Source: a virus
DNA: 64,000 nucleotides
Virus record (IMG/VR): IMGVR_UViG_3300027754_000067
Span: 22,543-86,542 of that record
Direction: 5' to 3' (one strand)
Shown here: piece after piece, positions 57,893 through 64,000 of the stretch
Numbering within the stretch: the first letter of the stretch is position 1
Layout: every line of letters starts with the position of its first letter
Translations under genes and position numbers: made by a program
The notes under the pieces: model-generated
What the model was told of the DNA's origin: nothing
Databases searched by the model: none
Seen by the model: only the letters and a program-made list of their open reading frames with translations

Positions 57893-58879
57893 CTAACGAC
57901 GATAACCAAACCGGACTTTTGACTGAAACTCCATAAAATTTCTTGCGCCAACATACGAAAATGAACTACGAAGAGCCCCAGCAATTTCATTTACAATGAT
58001 TTTTGCAGAAGGTTTCTCAGCTGTAGTAGTAGTGCGACCCTCTGCCGTTGGCATATTATCTTCTGATCTAATATTATTCATCACATCTCGACTTGCCATG
58101 CCACGATAAATATGTTTATATGTTCCTGTCACTGGATCATATTGACGAGAGCGCTCAGGAGTCTCAGGAGAGCCCGCAAAAAAGAATCCCGACATAACCG
58201 CCGTCGCCCCGGCTCCAATTGCCTTAGCAATGTCTCCATAAGCTCTAAGGCCACCATCTGCAATGATTGGTTTGTCTGTGACTTCTGCACATTCTTGCAC
58301 GGTAGTAAACATTGGGGTATTAACCCCTGTAACATTTTTGGTTAAACATACTGCTCCTGGACCAATACCAACTTTCATGCAGTCAACTCCCCATAAATCT
58401 AGTTCACGAACTGCTTCTTGCGTGCCAACATTACCGGCCATAATAAAAATATCACGACCAAATTCTTTACGTAACCACTTAACTGTGTCCATCATCATTT
58501 TGCTGTGGCCATGAGCAATATCAACAACAAAAAACCTAGCGCCATGGACATGTAGAGCCGTTGCCCTTTCTTGCCAATCACGATTGACACCAATCGAAAC
58601 AAAGCATTTTCGTTCTTTTTGGAATTCTGCGATGTTATCTACAATCGGCATAAAACGATGCAATGCACCAATGGCACCAGCCTCTGCTAGCGTTTTTGTC
58701 ATCATACCTTCGGTTACGGTATCCATGTTCGATGAAATAACTGGCACATTTAATTCCATACTGTGCATGGAATCTTTGCTTGATAAAGTAACTTTTGTTG
58801 AAACTTCATTTCTGCTAAGAATATCAGAATAGCGTGCATGAATAAAAACATCATCATATTCATAAGAAACTTTTGTCAT
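57893..58879 (-). CDS. IMP dehydrogenase/GMP reductase family
   Basis: SSNMDTV; VDIAHGHS; AGNV; KVGIGPGAVC; IADGG; YRGMAS. Confidence 0.92.
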   Translation of the reverse strand: MTKVSYEYDDVFIHARYSDILSRNEVSTKVTLSSKDSMHSMELNVPVISSNMDTVTEGMMTKTLAEAGAIGALHRFMPIVDNIAEFQKERKCFVSIGVNRDWQERATALHVHGARFFVVDIAHGHSKMMMDTVKWLRKEFGRDIFIMAGNVGTQEAVRELDLWGVDCMKVGIGPGAVCLTKNVTGVNTPMFTTVQECAEVTDKPIIADGGLRAYGDIAKAIGAGATAVMSGFFFAGSPETPERSRQYDPVTGTYKHIYRGMASRDVMNNIRSEDNMPTAEGRTTTTAEKPSAKIIVNEIAGALRSSFSYVGARNFMEFQSKVRFGYRR

Positions 58880-58938
58880 AATTTTTCCTTTGTTTTTACA
58901 TTAGCAGAAGTTTATAAACTAGTCTAGTTATTAATATC

Positions 58939-59337
58939 ATGAAGTTAACAAAAGAAAACATAGCAGCAATCGAAAAATTTGCAAAACATTGCATAAAAGA
59001 ACTCGGATTAAAAGGGAAAATAAAAATAACCCTATCCAAAAAACAAACCGGTATGCCAACAGCAGGATACTTTAATCCACAAGACTGTACCATTTTTGTG
59101 GCCGTTCGTAATCGTGCAATGGCTGATATCATGAGAACATTATCTCATGAACTCACTCACTGTAAGCAACAACAAGATGGTGTAGAATTTCCAAATGATG
59201 ATGAAGGATTACAGCCATTGGAGGATGAAGCAAATACTAGTAGCGGTAGACTTGTCCGCTTTTATGGAAGAAAAAATCGGGATATTTATTCTGATTTAAT
59301 CAGCGAAGGGTTTCAGAGAATTATTTTTAGACAATGA
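58939..59337 (+). CDS. HEXXH metallopeptidase-like protein
   Basis: RTLSHELTH..Q....EDEAN. Confidence 0.75.
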   Translation: MKLTKENIAAIEKFAKHCIKELGLKGKIKITLSKKQTGMPTAGYFNPQDCTIFVAVRNRAMADIMRTLSHELTHCKQQQDGVEFPNDDEGLQPLEDEANTSSGRLVRFYGRKNRDIYSDLISEGFQRIIFRQ

Positions 59338-60438
59338 AATATATTTTTTAAAATCGTTTTCCCATATGCTAATAACATTATAATTATTTAATATTAATTC
59401 TCGTTCTTTTGTTAATGTTTTTTGATACAGTTCTCCAAAAGTACAATGGTTTCTATGATTCCATGCATTTCCATCAAATTTTGCTGGATTGCCGTGCCAA
59501 TAATCTCCATTAAACTCATATACCGTATTCGTTTCGGGGTTATAGGCATCAACTTCATATCTTTTACCAGAGTTCATCAATAAGGTTTTTTGTCTACAGT
59601 CTTTTGGAATTTTCAAACTATCAAGCCATGCAGTTTCTGGTTTTGATACTCTAAACTTACACTTTGGACATTTTTTTCCTTTGAAATGATTTGAAGGAAT
59701 AACGTGAAATTCTCCATGCTTTTTGCAAACTACTATAATTTTAGTTTTCGAATCAATATATTCTGCCAAGGTATAATCATACTCATTTCCGTGGACATCA
59801 TTAGCCTTTTGGATAAATTGGTTTGTTGTCAATCGTATATTACCTGCACAAGTTGGACAACCTTGCTGTAAAATTTTGTGCATATGGTTTGAAGGGGTTT
59901 GCCAAAAAGAACCATGAATAAAGCAAATTATTTCTGTTTTTTCTGTGGTTTTTGTATAGATAGCCTTTGAATAATCATATTGATTCCCATGAATCTCTTT
60001 TGATTTGTTTATAAAATCTGCATGTGTTAATCTTTGGCTTTCTTTCATCCGATCTCTGCCACATAAGTTACATCCACGATTTCGAATATGATCTTTTGCC
60101 TTTTGTTGAAATGGGCCGTGTGTTTTACATGTAATCGTCAGTTTTGTTTCCCCTAAAAAACTTGACTCTATTATTTTGGAATAATCATATTTTCCATCAT
60201 GTATCACGTTAGATTTTTCGATGAAGGATTCAAGCGTCCAACGACGATTACATATCGGGCATCCATTTCCTTTAAAATGCTCATCTGAGCGTTGCCAAAA
60301 AGAGCCATGTATTTTACATATTATTTCTATCGGAATGGATGAAAAGCTGTATACAGATTTACTGTAATCAAATTTATCGCCATATATTGATTTAGCTTTT
60401 GCAATAAACCATTCGGTTGTTTTTTGTTTTTGTCCCAT
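59296..60438 (-). CDS. free-standing endonuclease (DUF723-type Zn repeats plus Vsr/PD-(D/E)xK-like domain)
   Basis: Repeated YDYSK..Y....K..I.C..HG.F; VYEFNGDYWHGNP; IWE. Confidence 0.85.
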   Translation of the reverse strand: MGQKQKTTEWFIAKAKSIYGDKFDYSKSVYSFSSIPIEIICKIHGSFWQRSDEHFKGNGCPICNRRWTLESFIEKSNVIHDGKYDYSKIIESSFLGETKLTITCKTHGPFQQKAKDHIRNRGCNLCGRDRMKESQRLTHADFINKSKEIHGNQYDYSKAIYTKTTEKTEIICFIHGSFWQTPSNHMHKILQQGCPTCAGNIRLTTNQFIQKANDVHGNEYDYTLAEYIDSKTKIIVVCKKHGEFHVIPSNHFKGKKCPKCKFRVSKPETAWLDSLKIPKDCRQKTLLMNSGKRYEVDAYNPETNTVYEFNGDYWHGNPAKFDGNAWNHRNHCTFGELYQKTLTKERELILNNYNVISIWENDFKKYISLSKNNSLKPFAD

Positions 60439-60558
60439 GAAAATAAGTATATAGAAGCAAACTTTGTTGTCGGAATTTTTGTTCGATTTTACGGTAGAAA
60501 AAAATTGATATCGTTGTTTTTATTTATTAAAAACAACGATATATTTAATATAAATAAT

Positions 60559-61533
60559 ATGAAAAATAATCTAAGATCTGATCTAAAAACTATAATAAAA
60601 TTTTCAATAAAAGAAAGCCGCTTAGACCCTACGGCACCTGTGATAGATTTGAAGAATCCAAATAAATGTAAAAATTGTGGGACAGTTTTAAAACCGGGTG
60701 CAAATTTCTGTCATGTTTGTAGAACAAAAGTATCAGAAGAGCAGAAAGCGGAGATAGCAAAAGCACTAGCAGCACCAGCGGCACCAGCACCAGCAGCAGC
60801 AGCACCAGCACCAGCAGCACCAGCAGCTGCTAAAACGGTTTCATCAGACACTGGTATCGAATCTGCGGCAAAACAAAAAATAAAAGATTATGTTAAAGGC
60901 TTGGTGGCAAGAGGACAAGAACCAGAGGATGCAGAGATTGAAAAACTAGAAAATCAACAAGAAGAAGCGGCAGTGCAGAGAATATTAAATCAGTATAAAT
61001 ACGAAGGAGAATTTAGAAATTTTGCTGAAAAGGTGATGAGAAAAGCTATAAAAAGCGATGATCCTAATTTCCATGTTCTTCTTCAGCCAGATTTTATATT
61101 AATTGGACCTAAAGGAGTCTTGTATGCAAAAGAGGAGGGGGCAAGGAAAATAACAAAAAATGGATTTACACCTGCTTTGGGCGCAGAAATTCTAGGCGGA
61201 AAATCTAATGTTACTCAAACCAACCCTCAACAATCCCCTATCAGTAAAAACGCTTCAGGAAAAAATGCTCAGCCAAATGCAGCGGCCACTGCGCCAGAAA
61301 TTAATTTTAATGACATGGCATCAGCAGCGAAGAAGATTTTAACAGGATATGATATTTCTACAAGTCTGAAACGTAGAATGTCTCAGAGTAAATTGAATCA
61401 ATATATTAAAGATGAAGAATTGACTGATGCGGAACTAGATGACACATCTGGTATTAAGAATTTCAGGACCAAAGCTAAAGCAATTAAAATATTAGAACAA
61501 TATATTAAAAAAATATCATTTAATAAATACTAG
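60559..61533 (+). CDS. tagged protein with Zn ribbon and Ala/Pro linker
   Basis: LKTIIK..IKES; CKNCG....ANFCHVC. Confidence 0.7.
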   Translation: MKNNLRSDLKTIIKFSIKESRLDPTAPVIDLKNPNKCKNCGTVLKPGANFCHVCRTKVSEEQKAEIAKALAAPAAPAPAAAAPAPAAPAAAKTVSSDTGIESAAKQKIKDYVKGLVARGQEPEDAEIEKLENQQEEAAVQRILNQYKYEGEFRNFAEKVMRKAIKSDDPNFHVLLQPDFILIGPKGVLYAKEEGARKITKNGFTPALGAEILGGKSNVTQTNPQQSPISKNASGKNAQPNAAATAPEINFNDMASAAKKILTGYDISTSLKRRMSQSKLNQYIKDEELTDAELDDTSGIKNFRTKAKAIKILEQYIKKISFNKY

Positions 61534-61629
61534 CAGTGGAAAACTAGTGAGGTTTTACGGCAGGAAAATCGTGATATTTATTCTGATCTGATAAGCGAAG
61601 GTCTACAGAGACTTCTCTATAGGAAATGA
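61526..61629 (+). pseudogene. Orphan 3' end of a homologue of 58939..59337
   Basis: Reads NTSSGKLVRFYGRK/RDIYSDLISEGLQRLLYRK* with a 1-nt deletion. Confidence 0.8.
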
Positions 61630-61630
61630 G

Positions 61631-62728
61631 CTAGGTTTTAGTAAAATCACTTTCCCAAACACTAATCACATTATAACCATTTTCAAGTAGCTCTTTTAGT
61701 TTTATTTTAGTTTGTTTAAATAAAATACCAAAACTTTCCCCAGTTTTTTCATTGATAGCTTCTGGTTTATATTTTTGTGGATTTCCATGCCAGTAGTCAC
61801 CATTGAACTCGTATACTGTGTTGGTTGAAGCAACATATGCATCGACATGATATCGTTTTCCAGATGCCATTATTAACGTTTTTTGCCTATGCTCTTTTGC
61901 AATACCAAGTTGGTCTAACCACTGTGTTTCTTTTTTTGAAACTCGGCCTCTGCAATTATTGCAGCCTCCTCCAATCCAATGATGATCAGGTACTTGTTTA
62001 AACACGCCGTGCTTATGGCAAATAATTTTTACTTTTTGATCTGCCCGATAATAATCAACCAAAGAGTAATCATACAAATTACCATGGATTTCACGAGATC
62101 TCTCTATAAAAATCTCATTAGACAAACGATTTGAATCATAGATACATTTCTTACAGTTGCTAGCCCTGTCTTCTCTAATATGCTCAATTGCCGTTACTTC
62201 AAACTTGCCATGGTTGCGACAGATTATTGTCACTTTGGCTCTTGCCGAGATATAACTTGCATCAGAATAATCATACAAATCTCCATGTATTGATTTTGCC
62301 CTTTGAATATATTCCTCAGTTGTCATGGGCTTATTACCACTGCAAACTCTGCATCCACCATTTCCAGTAAAGTGGGCGTATGGATATAGTTTGAACGGAC
62401 CATGCTCTCTACATGTTATTTCTATTTTAGTGCGAAGAGTAATGTAAACCGTTTTAGAATAATCAAATCGATCTCCGTAGAGATCTTTGGCTCTAGCCAC
62501 AAATTCTTCCGTTGTTCCTTTTGTTCCATCTCTCCCACATTTCTGACATCCTTTGCCACTCAAATGTGAACTGGCAACAATATTGAACGAACCATGTTGG
62601 TTGCAAATTAATTCAACAGGCTCCATTGAGTGAACATATATAGCTTTGGAGTAGTCATATTTTTCACCATGTTTTTTTATGGCTCTTTCGATATATTTTT
62701 CAGTGGTTAATCTTTTACCGTGCGGCAT
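61631..62728 (-). CDS. free-standing endonuclease, paralogue of 59296..60438
   Basis: Same repeats and VYEFNGDYWHGNP. Confidence 0.85.
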   Translation of the reverse strand: MPHGKRLTTEKYIERAIKKHGEKYDYSKAIYVHSMEPVELICNQHGSFNIVASSHLSGKGCQKCGRDGTKGTTEEFVARAKDLYGDRFDYSKTVYITLRTKIEITCREHGPFKLYPYAHFTGNGGCRVCSGNKPMTTEEYIQRAKSIHGDLYDYSDASYISARAKVTIICRNHGKFEVTAIEHIREDRASNCKKCIYDSNRLSNEIFIERSREIHGNLYDYSLVDYYRADQKVKIICHKHGVFKQVPDHHWIGGGCNNCRGRVSKKETQWLDQLGIAKEHRQKTLIMASGKRYHVDAYVASTNTVYEFNGDYWHGNPQKYKPEAINEKTGESFGILFKQTKIKLKELLENGYNVISVWESDFTKT

Positions 62729-62737
62729 AGTCGAATG

Positions 62738-63655
62738 CTAGAGATTTTTTTGAATCATTTTCCAAAATCTTTTTGGTCCCTCTAAGTGGTATTGTTCAAT
62801 TTCCTCGGTATTTTTAGTATATTCTGGCTCAAACTGCGGCAAAACATTGTCATTTATGATTGGAATGCCGTCTAAAAGCTTACATTCCCATAGAGTACGG
62901 CTTCCTACGTCAATATCTCGTGGAAAAAAGACCATTCCTTTGCTTTTTGCAAGCTCTTCAAGGAATTGCTCATTAGATACACCGCTAATAAGAAATGCAT
63001 TTAATCCATTATCTTTACAGTATTTTACTGCATCTTCTGTGCCCTTGATCCAACTTTTTGAGTCGAGAATAAGCCAGCGGTCCTGAACTTCTATTTCTCC
63101 CCGTTCTTTGCGTTGTCTTACCTTGCGAATATTTAAGATAGTCTCTGGATAAAAGGTACTACTTTGAACGAAATCCGTGGTTTTTCCTTTGAATTGAGCG
63201 TATAAGTCATAGAATTTATCTCGTTGGCCTCCACTGCACCAGAACAGGGTCTTGGCGTGTGTCATCCAATTGGCCATAAAAAGGCCATGGGGTTTGTTGT
63301 GGCAATCACATTGACCGGCTGATAATTCATGTTTTTTTGTTGAACGGAATACGCATGGTTTGAAATCATATTCGAAAAAATAATACTTTATATTAAGGTC
63401 TATAAATAGTTGGAGGAGATGTGGTGCGGTCATTGTTTGATTGCCGAAGATCCAGATTTTATTTTTATTTTTACGGATCATAGTTTCGGTAATGGAATGT
63501 GCATGAAGTTCAAAAAGCTTATGTGGGCAAGCTTTAATGATTGCGTCAGAGGTTAGCTCTGCTCCTCCGGTTAGTTCTTTGGCGAAAAAGTCCTGAACGA
63601 ATATTACTTCGGTCGATGCTGGGATATAAAACTCTTTTGGTAAATTTGTAAACAT
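62738..63655 (-). CDS. glycosyltransferase-like protein (GT-B)
   Basis: GGAE near the N-terminus; KG...A..; F.P...D.GSR...E.KL. Confidence 0.6.
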   Translation of the reverse strand: MFTNLPKEFYIPASTEVIFVQDFFAKELTGGAELTSDAIIKACPHKLFELHAHSITETMIRKNKNKIWIFGNQTMTAPHLLQLFIDLNIKYYFFEYDFKPCVFRSTKKHELSAGQCDCHNKPHGLFMANWMTHAKTLFWCSGGQRDKFYDLYAQFKGKTTDFVQSSTFYPETILNIRKVRQRKERGEIEVQDRWLILDSKSWIKGTEDAVKYCKDNGLNAFLISGVSNEQFLEELAKSKGMVFFPRDIDVGSRTLWECKLLDGIPIINDNVLPQFEPEYTKNTEEIEQYHLEGPKRFWKMIQKNL

Positions 63656-63705
63656 ATAATGTGCTCTCTATCTGATTATTATAGATTTCTTAATAATTAA
63701 TTTAC

Positions 63706-63886
63706 ATGAATAAAAAATTTATTGACTTATTAAAATCCATTATAGCTGAGCAGATTTCAGAGGCTCTTCCTGCTACCTCTAGCGTTGCGAGAAGGATGAC
63801 AGCACAAAAATAAGCGGCACCAGACTCTATTGGTGCAGATCCTTATAAGAAAAAAAGCCCATCAGGGAAAGTCATTACCAATTTAT
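63706..63886 (+). pseudogene. Tagged-family gene with in-frame TAA (63811-13), truncated by an IS insertion
   Basis: MNKKFIDLLKSIIAEQISEA...; the frame stays open after the TAA up to the IS left end. Confidence 0.5.
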
Positions 63887-64000
63887 TGCATGAGCAGAAA
63901 ACCCACAGGCTCGTCCTGTGGGATGAATGCGATTCATATAGAAAAATAAATTTACACCATACTTAATATTAGGTATAAAGTAAATGGTTCTGCAAAACAA
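63887..64000 (+). mobile_element. IS200/IS605-family element left end, probably followed by tnpB (runs off the window)
   Basis: About 50 bp near-identical to 46626-46676; preceded by TTTAT; TTTACA-17-TATAAA promoter and ATG at 63984 (MVLQN...). Confidence 0.7.

Noticed and set aside
60765-60830. GCACCAGCA tandem repeat
   Set aside because: Encodes an ordinary Ala/Pro linker.

Overview
This window is part of a large tailed-phage (jumbo-phage-like) genome. The host is probably a myxobacterium or other delta-proteobacterium; this is inferred from a GltG/AgmX-like gliding gene and many sigma54-type boxes. It has three zones. (1) 1-22.9 kb: about 60 short + strand genes. Almost every one has its own near-identical sigma70 promoter, and many are leaderless. 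The spacers carry repeated non-coding elements: 11 copies of a covarying H-type pseudoknot just after stop codons, about 13 antisense sigma54 (-24/-12) boxes, a TTGC(G/C)GCAAACA operator-like site before -35 boxes, three promoter-driven micro-ORFs encoding MxKxRDGP, and two tRNA-Leu genes. (2) 22.9-23.7 kb: a non-coding repeat block where strand composition flips (origin or packaging terminus). (3) 23.9-64 kb: many proteins sharing a 'KLYxILFE' or 'LKxIIKE' tag (probable capsid-packaged, protease-matured cargo) behind TATTTA promoters. This zone also holds dnaE, RuvC, an IMPDH/GMP reductase, SAM decarboxylase, baseplate/tail-like genes, four free-standing endonucleases, and IS200/IS605 elements including a TnpB-less omega-RNA mini-element. 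All calls are by eye; no database searches were run.
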